In this document: positions 36,979 through 46,169 of the stretch, one piece after another
Layout: each line of letters begins with the position of its first letter
Numbering within the stretch: the stretch's first letter is position 1
Virus record (IMG/VR): IMGVR_UViG_2872922060_000001
Coordinates: 22,371-86,370 of that record
Length of the DNA: 64,000 nt
Strand: one strand, 5' to 3'
DNA from: a virus
Lineage: Duplodnaviria > Caudoviricetes
Program-made: the position numbers and the translations under genes
The notes under the pieces: generated by a model
The model's input: the letters and a program-made list of their open reading frames with translations, nothing else
What the model was told of the DNA's origin: nothing
Databases searched by the model: none

Positions 36979-37158
36979 TCAGTCGCCGTAGTCCTCGGGC
37001 AGGCCATGGCGGCGCAGCCACTCGCCCTCGTAGTCGCTACGGCCGACGGCTTCGAAGGTGGCACGGGCGTCGTTGACCTCGTCGTCGGTCATCTGCGTGG
37101 AGGTCTTGTTCGCCCAGGTCTTGCCGGTGAGGTCGGGCCAGCGGTCGGCGGAGCCCAT
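36979..37158 (-). CDS. Small hypothetical protein (59 aa, not in ORF track)
   Basis: GAAAGG RBS; MGSADRWPDL... Confidence 0.55.
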   Translation of the reverse strand: MGSADRWPDLTGKTWANKTSTQMTDDEVNDARATFEAVGRSDYEGEWLRRHGLPEDYGD

Positions 37159-37211
37159 AGCGGTGCCCCTTTCGGTTGAGTGCCTGCTGGATGGGGTGTG
37201 GGTCTGGGCGG

Positions 37212-37523
37212 TCAGTCGCCGACCATCGTGCGGTACTCGTCGGTCATGTCCCGGACCACCTCGAGCACGACGGCCGCGCGGAGCAGGAGCCCCTCCCGGG
37301 TGTCGCCCTCGGTGTTGGCGGCCTCGGAGAGGAGCGTGCCCGCGGTCTGGAGGTCGTCGTGGCCGTTGATGCCGGCCTGGTGGAAGTTGTCGACGGCGTA
37401 GTCCAGGTGGTGGAGGAACTCGGTGAGGTTGGTGGCGGGGGTGGGGTTCTCGGCGACGTAGGCGAGGTTGTCGGCGTGCTGGGCGATGAGGCTGTCGACG
37501 GTGACCGTGGCGGTGGCGGTCAT
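37212..37523 (-). CDS. Hypothetical helical protein
   Basis: GAAAGGA RBS. Confidence 0.65.
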   Translation of the reverse strand: MTATATVTVDSLIAQHADNLAYVAENPTPATNLTEFLHHLDYAVDNFHQAGINGHDDLQTAGTLLSEAANTEGDTREGLLLRAAVVLEVVRDMTDEYRTMVGD

Positions 37524-37537
37524 GCGGGTCCTTTCGG

Positions 37538-37672
37538 CTACTTCAGCTGATGGAGGGCGGCGAGGATGCCCAGTGCGGTGAGGACGGCGTTGGCGCCGGC
37601 TGGTTCGAGTACGGCGAAGACGGCGAGGAGGGGCAGGAGGACATAGAAACGGGTCAGATCGTGGCCGGGCAT
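37538..37672 (-). CDS. Small hydrophobic peptide (44 aa)
   Basis: GGAG RBS; first ORF after promoter copy 4. Confidence 0.5.
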   Translation of the reverse strand: MPGHDLTRFYVLLPLLAVFAVLEPAGANAVLTALGILAALHQLK

Positions 37673-37780
37673 GGGCTGTTGGGCTCCGTTCGGGTCGGGG
37701 ATGATAGGCCGGCCCGGCCACGGTTGGGTGTGAGGGGGCACCGGTCGTTCTGGGTGTTCGGGCGGTGCCCCCGGGACATC

Positions 37781-37816
37781 AACGTACCCCATTAGACATG
37801 GCACTGCAATGCATAG
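37781..37816 (-). promoter_or_regulatory. Operator/promoter copy 4
   Basis: Minus strand CTATGCATTGCAGTGCCATGTCTAATGGGGTACGTT; TTGCAG-N17-TACGTT. Confidence 0.7.
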
Positions 37817-37918
37817 GCGGGGATTGGTGGCGCCCCCATGCCGACCGTTCCCCGCGGCGCCCCCAGGCCCGAGAAGCCAGAGGCGCCGCGCGACAGGATG
37901 GGCGCAGCAAGCGACGTG

Positions 37919-38713
37919 TCAGAGATCCTCGTGAGGCGGAAGATCCCTGGCTGGCTTGAGACCATCCGGCATCGGCTTCGGCAGCAGCGTCCACAAGGCT
38001 CGACCTCGTTTCCCCCACTGCATGTCTGCCATCCCAGTCTTCTGGAGTGCGCCGAGGCCCTTGGTCACTGAGGTCTTCGGCAATCGAGACCGTGCAGACA
38101 GGTCATCCCCGTGGAACGGAACGTGCAGTCCGAACAACTCGATCCCCAGTCCGTAGACTGCGCCACAAGACCGCGCAGCCTCCCCCGCGGGAGAGGACCG
38201 GTCCAGGACAAGCCAGTGGGGGCTTGCATGTGTAAGGACTCGTGGTTCGACCTTCCACAGGGCGCTAGTGACTGCGGACCGTGAGAGGCCGTAGCGGCTC
38301 GCCAGGTGATGCGCTGAGGGAAGTGCTGTCGCAGGCGGGAAGACTCCAGCTTCGATGTCATCCCTGACCATCCGTAGCGCCTCCGCCACGTACGCCTGGT
38401 CCTGGGTGCGGCGATCCTCGTTATCGATCTTGTTCTTGGGATTGCTGCGGTCGTACCGAGGGCCCTCTGTCTCGATGGCATGCAATTCCGCGATGCCGGC
38501 TTCGGTGCGGTTCGCGAACCAAGTCACTTCCTTCCTGGCTACTTCGTGCCACCACGGCTTTTCGCCTGCGTGGCTTCGCCAGCGTGACTTCGGGTCGCTC
38601 GTGATGCCGACGTACAGCAGCTCGCCAGCAGCGCCGTAGAAGCGGTACACCGCGGTGCAACCGGGAGCAGGCTGGCTTGGAAGGGGTCCTGTCGCTTCAG
38701 TCTCCTCGTTCAC
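37919..38713 (-). CDS. GIY-YIG nuclease fused to GntR-like wHTH and a further HTH
   Basis: AVYRFY...G.LLYVGIT..P..R, E..AI; F.P...LPS...LA.RYG.SR..V. Confidence 0.8.
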   Translation of the reverse strand: MNEETEATGPLPSQPAPGCTAVYRFYGAAGELLYVGITSDPKSRWRSHAGEKPWWHEVARKEVTWFANRTEAGIAELHAIETEGPRYDRSNPKNKIDNEDRRTQDQAYVAEALRMVRDDIEAGVFPPATALPSAHHLASRYGLSRSAVTSALWKVEPRVLTHASPHWLVLDRSSPAGEAARSCGAVYGLGIELFGLHVPFHGDDLSARSRLPKTSVTKGLGALQKTGMADMQWGKRGRALWTLLPKPMPDGLKPARDLPPHEDL

Positions 38714-39705
38714 GCGGTTACGTCCTCTCGGCAGTCAATGCACAGGGCGTCCTCGGTGGAGTTTCGCAGCGGCCTGTGACACTCCGGGCACTTCGCCTTC
38801 TGCCGTCGAGGAGCGGCCTGCTCGGCCGTACGCGGACTTGGCAGCAGTGGAGCATCAGGAAGGTTGTCCGGGTCCAGGCGATGCCGGTAGACGGCAGCCA
38901 GGGACTTCGCAGAGTCCGTCTCCTCGGTCAGCTGCACTCGCAGCTTGTTCTCGGTCCAGCCTGCCGCCAGAGCCTCACCAACTCGCTGAATGAGGTGGTT
39001 CCTCTGCCGAGGGCCGGGAAGCCGCCCCCGATACGGAAGGCTGTCCACGAAGGCGACCGCCGCGGGGTTCTGCTCTTCCTTCTGCTGCGGAGCATCCCCA
39101 CCCCCTCCTCCCTCCTCATGGCCCTTGCTCGAAACCGGGACAGCAGCTTCTTCGCGCGCGGGGGAGGAGGAGGTACTTCCCCCTGGTTCTTTAACCCCGT
39201 AGGGGTTAACTCCCGCCTCACCGGCAGCCGGTCCACCGGGACCCGGTCGGCCGAAGTCCGGTCCACCGAAGTCCGGCGGAGCGGGATTCGGTCCGACCTG
39301 CGAAAACTCCGATTCGGTTGAGGTGGCCGGTACGACAGCAAGACGCGTACGGTTGACCGCCTTCGCCTTGCTCCATGGCTTGGGCAGGGTGGCTGGCAGT
39401 GACGCAGGATCCTGCGGTTCCTCGTAGATCGTCGTCTTGGTGACGAACCGCCCCCGGTCGCCCTGGATGCGTGTCCGTACGAGGTACCGCTCTTTCTCCA
39501 ACTCGTTCATGTAGCCGGCGATGGCGCTCCGGCCTTCGGGGTTGTCAGCGGCCAGAGATCGAATGTCGACCTTTGCGCCAGGCGGCAGGCTGAGCAGGTA
39601 CTCAGCCAGCCCGCGGGCGCCGAAAGAGAGCCGGTTGTTTTGAGCGAGGGCGTTGTCGATGATGACGAAGCCGCGCTGCTTCTTTGGACCACGCTCGATG
39701 TTCAC
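38710..39705 (-). CDS. Phage replisome-organiser / second Rep-like HTH protein
   Basis: F.IIDN.L.Q..RLSF.ARGL..YLLSLP, ELEK.RYL.R; internal DNA repeats; C-terminal CPEC..C..C. Confidence 0.75.
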   Translation of the reverse strand: MNIERGPKKQRGFVIIDNALAQNNRLSFGARGLAEYLLSLPPGAKVDIRSLAADNPEGRSAIAGYMNELEKERYLVRTRIQGDRGRFVTKTTIYEEPQDPASLPATLPKPWSKAKAVNRTRLAVVPATSTESEFSQVGPNPAPPDFGGPDFGRPGPGGPAAGEAGVNPYGVKEPGGSTSSSPAREEAAVPVSSKGHEEGGGGGDAPQQKEEQNPAAVAFVDSLPYRGRLPGPRQRNHLIQRVGEALAAGWTENKLRVQLTEETDSAKSLAAVYRHRLDPDNLPDAPLLPSPRTAEQAAPRRQKAKCPECHRPLRNSTEDALCIDCREDVTA

Positions 39706-39779
39706 GCCGCCACCTCCGCGGTGCGGAGGAGCTTGCGGGGGCTACTTGCCGTGGTGCGGCTTGGTGCGGGTACCCTCAC
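39702..39779 (-). CDS. Putative 25-aa leader peptide coupled to the Rep-like gene
   Basis: GTGA overlap; follows three hairpins. Confidence 0.4.
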   Translation of the reverse strand: MRVPAPSRTTASSPRKLLRTAEVAA

Positions 39780-39943
39780 TTGTGGAGGCCCTTCTTATCG
39801 GGTGGGACTCGAAGATCCAGCGGGTTGCAGCCCGCTGGTTGCGCTCGAACGGCCGGCCTGAGGTAGCTGCGAACCTCCTCTGGGCTGGCCGTTCTGCGTA
39901 TCCGGGTGCTGGGGCTGCGATCCCAGTACCGGTAAAGCGGTGC

Positions 39944-40249
39944 TCACTGGGCTGACGCGGGGTCGCGCGGTCGTCTAGCCGGGCCTCGCCCAGTGGGCGG
40001 GTACTTCTCGAGGTAGTCGAGCAGCACCTTCGTGCGCATCATGCGGGTCTTCCCGGCGATCAGATATGGCTCCTGGTCGGGGCCATCGCCGAACGGCCAC
40101 CGCTGTTCTGCGGGCACCTTCTTGTTGCTTCTGGCGATGGCCATGTGTCGAAGACCGCGGGGCGTCATGCTTCCGGCGATGCCGCGGTTGACGATCAGCG
40201 CGGCGGCATCGGCGAACGAAATGTAATCGGGTGCTTGACGCTCAGTCAT
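39944..40249 (-). CDS. Small wHTH (excisionase/Cro-like) protein
   Basis: ISF.DAA.L.V..GI...MT..GLR..A...WP. Confidence 0.65.
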   Translation of the reverse strand: MTERQAPDYISFADAAALIVNRGIAGSMTPRGLRHMAIARSNKKVPAEQRWPFGDGPDQEPYLIAGKTRMMRTKVLLDYLEKYPPTGRGPARRPRDPASAQ

Positions 40250-40399
40250 CGACGCACCCCATAGCGACTACTTCCGCTGAACGGCAGTAGAGTCTTCATT
40301 GGATCTCCTAGCGGGGATTCCCCACCGACGAAGATTTCGCAGGTCAGCGTCGTGTGGGGCGGCCGGCCGTGCCACTGGTGCGGTCGGCCGTACTACGTT

Positions 40400-41131
40400 T
40401 TACTCCTGAGGCCGGAGTGAAGTGGTCCAACGAAGGATCGTGGAACCCTCAGCGACCTTGACAGCCACCTCGACAACGCGGCCATCCTCCAGCGTCACAG
40501 TACGGACTACCTGTGTCACGACGACCTCGCTGGCGGTCAGCCCCAGCGCTTCCTTCTCGGTCGTCGTGGCGAGCCGGCTCGTCACCTCCTCCAGCACCTG
40601 GTCCTGGGCAAGGCCCAGCCGTGAAGCCGCGAGCTCCCGCGAAGCGCCGGTAGACACCGGCTCCGTCAGCTCGGGAGTCACCGCGATGACGTAGGCCGGG
40701 TAGTAGCTGCTGCTCAGGTGGATCGGGAGCCCATTCCGGCTGACTACCCTGCGGCGCACCTGAACGGGCGTCCCAGGGGGAACGTCAAGCCGCGACGCCA
40801 CCAGCTCGTCGGCACCGGTCGTGCCGACTTCCAAGATGCGCGAGCTCTCACCGCTATCGAGCGCGCTACCAGTCGCGCCGTGCAGCGCGACTCGTGTGGC
40901 GATGTTGTTGCTGACGGGACCGGCGACGACTGTCGTCTTTCCGGGGCGCGTGAGCGTCAAGCCCTCCATCTTCAGCATCCGGAAGGCGCGGTGTGCAGTC
41001 GTGTGCGCCACGCCAAACTGCTCGCTGACTGCCTTGTAGCTTGGCATGTCGTCGCCGGGCCTCAGCGTCCCGTCGCGAATCTGCCGCCGGAAGTGCTCAG
41101 CGATCTCCGTGTATCCGGTGGTCTCGGGCAT
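40400..41131 (-). CDS. GntR-family (HutC/UTRA) repressor, KorSA/TraR-like
   Basis: Y.EIA.HFR.QI.DG.L.PGD.MPS wHTH plus UTRA domain; divergent from transfer operon. Confidence 0.9.
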   Translation of the reverse strand: MPETTGYTEIAEHFRRQIRDGTLRPGDDMPSYKAVSEQFGVAHTTAHRAFRMLKMEGLTLTRPGKTTVVAGPVSNNIATRVALHGATGSALDSGESSRILEVGTTGADELVASRLDVPPGTPVQVRRRVVSRNGLPIHLSSSYYPAYVIAVTPELTEPVSTGASRELAASRLGLAQDQVLEEVTSRLATTTEKEALGLTASEVVVTQVVRTVTLEDGRVVEVAVKVAEGSTILRWTTSLRPQE

Positions 41132-41217
41132 GGTCGACCTCCTCTCTCTGTCATTTGGCTGCACCCCTCATCGCGTGCAGCGGTACACCCCTGAGGGTAA
41201 TCCAAGAAAACATGTTG

Positions 41218-41249
41218 CGCTACTAGTAGCGAAGCGAGTCGAAACTAGT
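41218..41249. promoter_or_regulatory. Probable GntR operator in the divergent promoter
   Basis: Palindrome CGCTACTAGTAGCG and a second ACTAGT. Confidence 0.55.
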
Positions 41250-41382
41250 CTATGTTGGGGTTGTCGGGAACGACGGCGGCCCCAGAAACGCCGAACGGCC
41301 CGGGTGTGTCACCACCCGGGCCGCTCAGGGGCCCCGAAGGACCCGACAGATCGCTACCCGCCTTAACCAGGAGCGAACTGCC

Positions 41383-41817
41383 ATGCGAAACCGTATCGGA
41401 CTCGCGCCCAGCACCACGCCAGCAACAAGCAGTGTCGTCGCACACAGCACCGGCACCATCGCCACCCCGGCGTCCGGCCCCGTCATCCCGATGCCCGGCC
41501 GGCTCACCGTCTCCTACTACGACCTGACCCTCCACACGGGGGCCGACCCGGCGCTCGACGAGGTCCCCGACGGGTCCGTCGTCTACGCGATCGGCACGAT
41601 CACCGCTGTCTCTCAGTTCGACGGTGGCCGCATCATGATGGCCATCGCCGACGAGGACGGGCACAGCGCGTACGTCCTTCTCACCCCGGGTGTTTTCCGC
41701 GCGGCCAGGATGGCGCTCTACTCCGGGGTCAGGGTGATCGTCCGCGGGTCCGTGTTCCGTACGGGTAGCGGGCCGGCCATGATTCACGGCCACGGCGTGC
41801 ATGTGAGGGCCGCGTGA
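41383..41817 (+). CDS. OB-fold nucleic-acid-binding protein
   Basis: AIGTIT.V...I.DEDG....L.P..F....L..G..V.VRG.V. Confidence 0.6.
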   Translation: MRNRIGLAPSTTPATSSVVAHSTGTIATPASGPVIPMPGRLTVSYYDLTLHTGADPALDEVPDGSVVYAIGTITAVSQFDGGRIMMAIADEDGHSAYVLLTPGVFRAARMALYSGVRVIVRGSVFRTGSGPAMIHGHGVHVRAA

Positions 41818-42068
41818 TGGCGACCTATCTTTCCCAGTCTGACGAGGCCCTGCGCCGTGTCACGGCAAAGCCCGCCCTGAACGTTTCGCGGGCCGCTGCC
41901 CGGTACCGGATCACCTCGGCGCTGATCGCGGACATGGCGAGGGTCATGAGCACGCGGGACCTCACCGACGTCGAGCGGGCCGACCTGGAGCACGTGCAGG
42001 CCGTGAACTGCGAGTCCCGGGCCGTCCTCACCGCCGCTGGCCGGCTTGACCTGATCGGCGGTGCGTGA
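41814..42068 (+). CDS. Hypothetical protein
   Basis: GTGA overlaps. Confidence 0.6.
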   Translation: MMATYLSQSDEALRRVTAKPALNVSRAAARYRITSALIADMARVMSTRDLTDVERADLEHVQAVNCESRAVLTAAGRLDLIGGA

Positions 42069-42481
42069 TGGACGACCGGGACCGTGCCATCGAGCACCTC
42101 GCCGAAGCCATCTACCTCTTCGCCTGCATCCGCGACACCGGCGACACCCCGACCGTGCCCGTGCAGATCGGTGAGCACCAGATCACCGTCACGCCGAAGA
42201 CCGCCGAGGCCCTCGCCGACATCGTCGACTCGACGATCACCCGGTCGGCCGTGGGCCAGCCCGCCACGGCGGCGCCGGTACGGGAGCAGTGCGGCACGGG
42301 GGAGTGGTCCGCCGCGGCGGTCGCCCAGAACGACCCCGCCCTGTACGCCGACATCACCGACCTGTTCGACGAGATCAGCCCCGAGACCTACTTGGACGAC
42401 GTGTTCGGCTCCCCGGACCCGGAAAAGGCCCTCGCCGCGTACGAGCAGATGGTCACCGGCGAGTGGGACGGCGAACTCTGA
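42065..42481 (+). CDS. Hypothetical protein
   Basis: Overlaps; codon bias. Confidence 0.65.
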   Translation: MMDDRDRAIEHLAEAIYLFACIRDTGDTPTVPVQIGEHQITVTPKTAEALADIVDSTITRSAVGQPATAAPVREQCGTGEWSAAAVAQNDPALYADITDLFDEISPETYLDDVFGSPDPEKALAAYEQMVTGEWDGEL

Positions 42482-42879
42482 TGGCCGGCCCGTTCCCCAG
42501 CACCGACGGCAACGCCGTGCCCGCCCTGGACGACACCGAACTCGGCGGCCTCCTCGACGACCTGGACGGCATCCACGCCGGGATCGACCTCATCCGCGAC
42601 GGAATCCGCCTCATCGCCCTGGAACGCCTCACCCCCGAGCAGACCCAGCTCCTCACGGTCACCCTCGCCGGTTCCCCCGACGGAACCGACGTCCTCGGCC
42701 TCATCGCCCAGGCGGTCGCCCGCCTCACCGACCCCGACACCAACCCCGCACTTCGGACGCTGCCCTTCGACCGGCAGAAGACCTGCCAGCAGGCCGGCGA
42801 GCACCTCGTCTTTGACCTGGCCGACCCCAATCTCCGCGACCACGCCTCCCGTGCGTCCGCGGCCATCCACACCGACTGA
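42481..42879 (+). CDS. Hypothetical protein
   Basis: TGATG overlap. Confidence 0.65.
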   Translation: MAGPFPSTDGNAVPALDDTELGGLLDDLDGIHAGIDLIRDGIRLIALERLTPEQTQLLTVTLAGSPDGTDVLGLIAQAVARLTDPDTNPALRTLPFDRQKTCQQAGEHLVFDLADPNLRDHASRASAAIHTD

Positions 42880-42893
42880 AAGGACCCACCACC

Positions 42894-43103
42894 ATGGCCC
42901 GCTTCCAGATCGTCACCACCGACGACCAGGCCCACACCGAAGGCGAGCCCAGCTTCGCCTTCCAGAGCCTCGGCCACGACTCCGTCCGCCTCACCACCTA
43001 CGACCACGACGGCGACTACGTCGTCCTCCGCTACGAGCACGGCCTGGAGCTGAGCATCCCGGAGCACCGCATCAAGCACATCGCCACCACCCCCGCCGCC
43101 TGA
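42894..43103 (+). CDS. Small hypothetical protein
   Basis: AAGGA RBS. Confidence 0.6.
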   Translation: MARFQIVTTDDQAHTEGEPSFAFQSLGHDSVRLTTYDHDGDYVVLRYEHGLELSIPEHRIKHIATTPAA

Positions 43104-43256
43104 CCACCCCCGACCAGGGCCCGGCCACCGATCCCCCGCGGGGGCCGGGCCCCACACCCCTCCGGTCCTGCCGGAGGCCGCACCACCACCGCCCCCGGGT
43201 GGTGCGGCCCCCAGCACGACCAGCCGCCAACTGACCAAACATCGAAAGGCACCGTC

Positions 43257-43559
43257 ATGACCACCCAGACCACCGCTTGGCCCGAGGGCGTCATCATCCG
43301 CTACCTGACCGTCGCCGGGTCCGCGCTCGGGCGCGACGACCTCACCGTCGACATCCGCCACGACACCCTCTACCTCTCCGACACCAGGCCGAACGTCACC
43401 GTCGCCCGGTGCGCGGGATGCGACAACTACCGCACCGAGGAGTGGAAGCAGCACGCCCACCGCGTCAGCAACGGCAGCAGCGAGGCCGACGACGAGGCCC
43501 GCGAGTGGGCCCAGGCCCATGCGGAGACGTGCCGCGCCATCCCTCGCTCCACCGCCTGA
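43257..43559 (+). CDS. Zinc-binding protein of plasmid transfer regions
   Basis: RYLT..G, C.GC, WAQ.HAE.CRA.P. Confidence 0.7.
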   Translation: MTTQTTAWPEGVIIRYLTVAGSALGRDDLTVDIRHDTLYLSDTRPNVTVARCAGCDNYRTEEWKQHAHRVSNGSSEADDEAREWAQAHAETCRAIPRSTA

Positions 43560-43619
43560 CCACTCATCCCAATCCCACTGACCCTAGAGGTCCACCCCAA
43601 GCCTCGCGAGAGGACCACC

Positions 43620-43883
43620 GTGAACAAGCAGCGCATCAAGACCAACACCATTAAGACCGCCGCCAGCGTCACCTACTACGGCGGCACCCTCGGCGCCGGC
43701 GTCGCCTTCTACGAGCTGATGAACCAGCCCAGCGCCCTCGGCATCGTGACCGTCCTCGTCGTCACCCTCACCGTCGAAGGCATCCTGCGGACCCTCATCG
43801 ACGAGATCCTCGACGCCCTCACGCCCTCCCAGCCCACCACCGCGGCCAGCACCCTCGCCAAGACCGAGGGGAGCGCCCGATGA
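43620..43883 (+). CDS. Two-TM membrane protein (Spd-like)
   Basis: Two hydrophobic helices; RBS. Confidence 0.65.
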   Translation: MNKQRIKTNTIKTAASVTYYGGTLGAGVAFYELMNQPSALGIVTVLVVTLTVEGILRTLIDEILDALTPSQPTTAASTLAKTEGSAR

Positions 43884-44039
43884 CCGGCATCGAGTTCCGC
43901 GAGGCCCACGGCGACCCCGCCAACTGGGACGACGACGAGTACGAGGCGTACTTCGCCATCACCGCCGACCAGACCCCCACCCCCGACAGCCATCACCTCG
44001 CCGCCTAACCCCCAGCCACCACCGCACAGGAGGACACGG

Positions 44040-44498
44040 ATGAGTACCGCCATCATCGCCGTACTGGGAACCCTCGCAGGGTCCCTCCTGACCGGCACGC
44101 TCCAGCACTACAGCCAGCGCGCCGTCCTCCGTGCCGAAGCCGCAAGCACCCGCAAGCGGGAAAGCCTGGCCGCTGTCGCGGACCTGGTCGCCGCACTCGC
44201 TGACCACCGCCGCGCCATGTGGGTCCGTGAAGACCTGCGCCTGAAGGGCGCCGACTGGTCGGAGGCCCGGGCCGAGAGCCACCGCACCCGCTCCGCCCTC
44301 ACCGCCCCACTCCTCCGCGTCCAGCTTCTCCTGCCCGAGGTTGCTGCCGAAGCACGGGCCGCCGCGAGCGCCACTTACGCACTGCGCGGCGCCTCGGAAT
44401 CGGGCGAGACCGGACTCGCAGCCCGCAGGGACCACGCCATCCACGCCACCGACGAACTCGTCACCGCCGCCGGCCGCCACCTGGCCACCGCCGCCTGA
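44040..44498 (+). CDS. KilB-like plasmid protein
   Basis: IIAVLGTLAG.LL.G.LQH anchor, HRRAMW.RE; context. Confidence 0.6.
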   Translation: MSTAIIAVLGTLAGSLLTGTLQHYSQRAVLRAEAASTRKRESLAAVADLVAALADHRRAMWVREDLRLKGADWSEARAESHRTRSALTAPLLRVQLLLPEVAAEARAAASATYALRGASESGETGLAARRDHAIHATDELVTAAGRHLATAA

Positions 44499-44522
44499 CC
44501 ACCAGAAAGGACACCGCCCACC

Positions 44523-45650
44523 GTGACCACCGTTCAGACCCCCACCGAGCAGGCGCCCCCACGCAAACTGTCCGCCGGACAGATCTCGGTCCTCGCGGTG
44601 GCCACCATCATCATGGCCGCCGTCGGCATCGCAGGAGCCATCGGCACCTACGCCAACGCCAACGCCGAACTCAAGCGCTCCGAAACCGCCCTCGGCATCG
44701 TCGCCGCCGGCGAAGGCGCCACCCTCGTCGCCGCCCTCGTCATGATCGGCGTCACCATGCTCGGCCAGGCCGCCCCCTTCATCGCCCGAGCCGCCCTTTG
44801 GGTCCTCCCCGCAGCCGCCGCCGTCATGGGCCTCGCCATCGCCCCCACCCCGCGCGAAGCCGTCATCTACGCCCTCACCCCCCTCGCCATGACCGCCTCC
44901 GCCGAAGGCATCAGCTTCCTCGCCCGCCGCATCGTCGTACACCGCACCGGCACCGACACCGAAGCCCAGCGCCGCAACGCCGAGATCATGCGGCAGATCG
45001 CCTTCCACGCGGCTCAGGCCGAACGCCACCCCGACAAGAAGGTCCGCCAGACGTCGGCTCTCACCGCGTGGAAGCTCATGCGCCGCATCGGAGACGGCGA
45101 CACCCAGCTCGGCTCAGGGCTCATCGCCGTCCAGCGAGAGCGGCTCACCGACGGAGCCAACACGGCTCTCCTGTCCATGCTCACCGGCACCCGTGAGCCC
45201 GCCCCGTCTCACCCCGCCCCCCTCGCCATCGAACCCGCTGAGACGACCCCTGAGCCGACCGGGAGCACTGTGATCCTGAGCCACACCAACGGATCCACCA
45301 GCCCGGCTCACACCCCGAACCTCCCCGACACCCGGCCGATCATCCAGCCCTCTGACCAGTTCATTCGCCGTGAGCCCGTCTTGAGCCCGGCTGAGCCCGC
45401 TTTCTCCAAGACCACCCAGACGGCCACCGAGTCGATCCCTGAGCCGGACACCGACGAGCCGGACGAGAAGGCTCACGAAGCCGACGAGAAGGAGCAGCAG
45501 ATCATCACGCTGGCTCACCGGCTCAAGTCCGGTGAGCGGCTCACCAAGACCACCGCGGCTCAGATCCTCGGAGTGAGCCCGGCTACCGCCGGACGACGGC
45601 TCAAGGATGCACGGGACCGCGTCAACGACGGGACGGGGATGTACCTGTGA
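44523..45650 (+). CDS. SpdB/DUF2637-like membrane protein with C-terminal HTH
   Basis: About four TMs, Pro/Thr linker, LTKTTAAQILGVSPATAGRRL. Confidence 0.75.
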   Translation: MTTVQTPTEQAPPRKLSAGQISVLAVATIIMAAVGIAGAIGTYANANAELKRSETALGIVAAGEGATLVAALVMIGVTMLGQAAPFIARAALWVLPAAAAVMGLAIAPTPREAVIYALTPLAMTASAEGISFLARRIVVHRTGTDTEAQRRNAEIMRQIAFHAAQAERHPDKKVRQTSALTAWKLMRRIGDGDTQLGSGLIAVQRERLTDGANTALLSMLTGTREPAPSHPAPLAIEPAETTPEPTGSTVILSHTNGSTSPAHTPNLPDTRPIIQPSDQFIRREPVLSPAEPAFSKTTQTATESIPEPDTDEPDEKAHEADEKEQQIITLAHRLKSGERLTKTTAAQILGVSPATAGRRLKDARDRVNDGTGMYL

Positions 45651-45653
45651 GCC
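45011..45653. repeat. Cluster of about 20 TGAGCC/GGCTCA hexamers
   Basis: Manual count on both strands within the 3' half of the SpdB-like gene. Confidence 0.75.
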
Positions 45654-46165
45654 GCCACCAGACGATCAGCGAGCCGCGGGTGGCCACCCCGTCCGCGGCG
45701 CCCACCCGCGCGCCTCAGCCCACCACTCGGCGGCCGGCCCCGGACCCCCTCCCGGTACCGCCCGCCGCCCCCGACCGCCCCTCCCGACTCCACCAGCTCA
45801 TCCCCCGCAGCGCCCGCAACCTCATGGCCGCCTGGGGCTGGTGGCAGAACCCCACCCCCCTCCCGCCGTCCGCGCACCTCGACCAGACCCTCGCCGTCCT
45901 CGAACGCTACGGCTGGTGCCGGTCCCTGGACTTCAGCCCGACCGGCCGCATGTGCATCCGTGGCGCCCAGACCTTCCTCGAGTACACCGGCCACGTCACC
46001 CCCCACGCTCGCGCAAGGGCCGTCCACTACATGCAGCACTCCCTCTGGGCCGACGGCATCAACATGCCGTTCTACGCCTGGAACGACCTCCCCACCCGCA
46101 CATTCCCCCAGGTCCAGACCCTCATCACCGTGTCCGCAGCCACCGCCCGAAAGAACGGAGAATAA
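45647..46165 (+). CDS. DUF6197-like protein
   Basis: LE.YGWC.....G.MCI.GA...WND. Confidence 0.65.
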   Translation: MSRHQTISEPRVATPSAAPTRAPQPTTRRPAPDPLPVPPAAPDRPSRLHQLIPRSARNLMAAWGWWQNPTPLPPSAHLDQTLAVLERYGWCRSLDFSPTGRMCIRGAQTFLEYTGHVTPHARARAVHYMQHSLWADGINMPFYAWNDLPTRTFPQVQTLITVSAATARKNGE

Positions 46166-46169
46166 AGCA

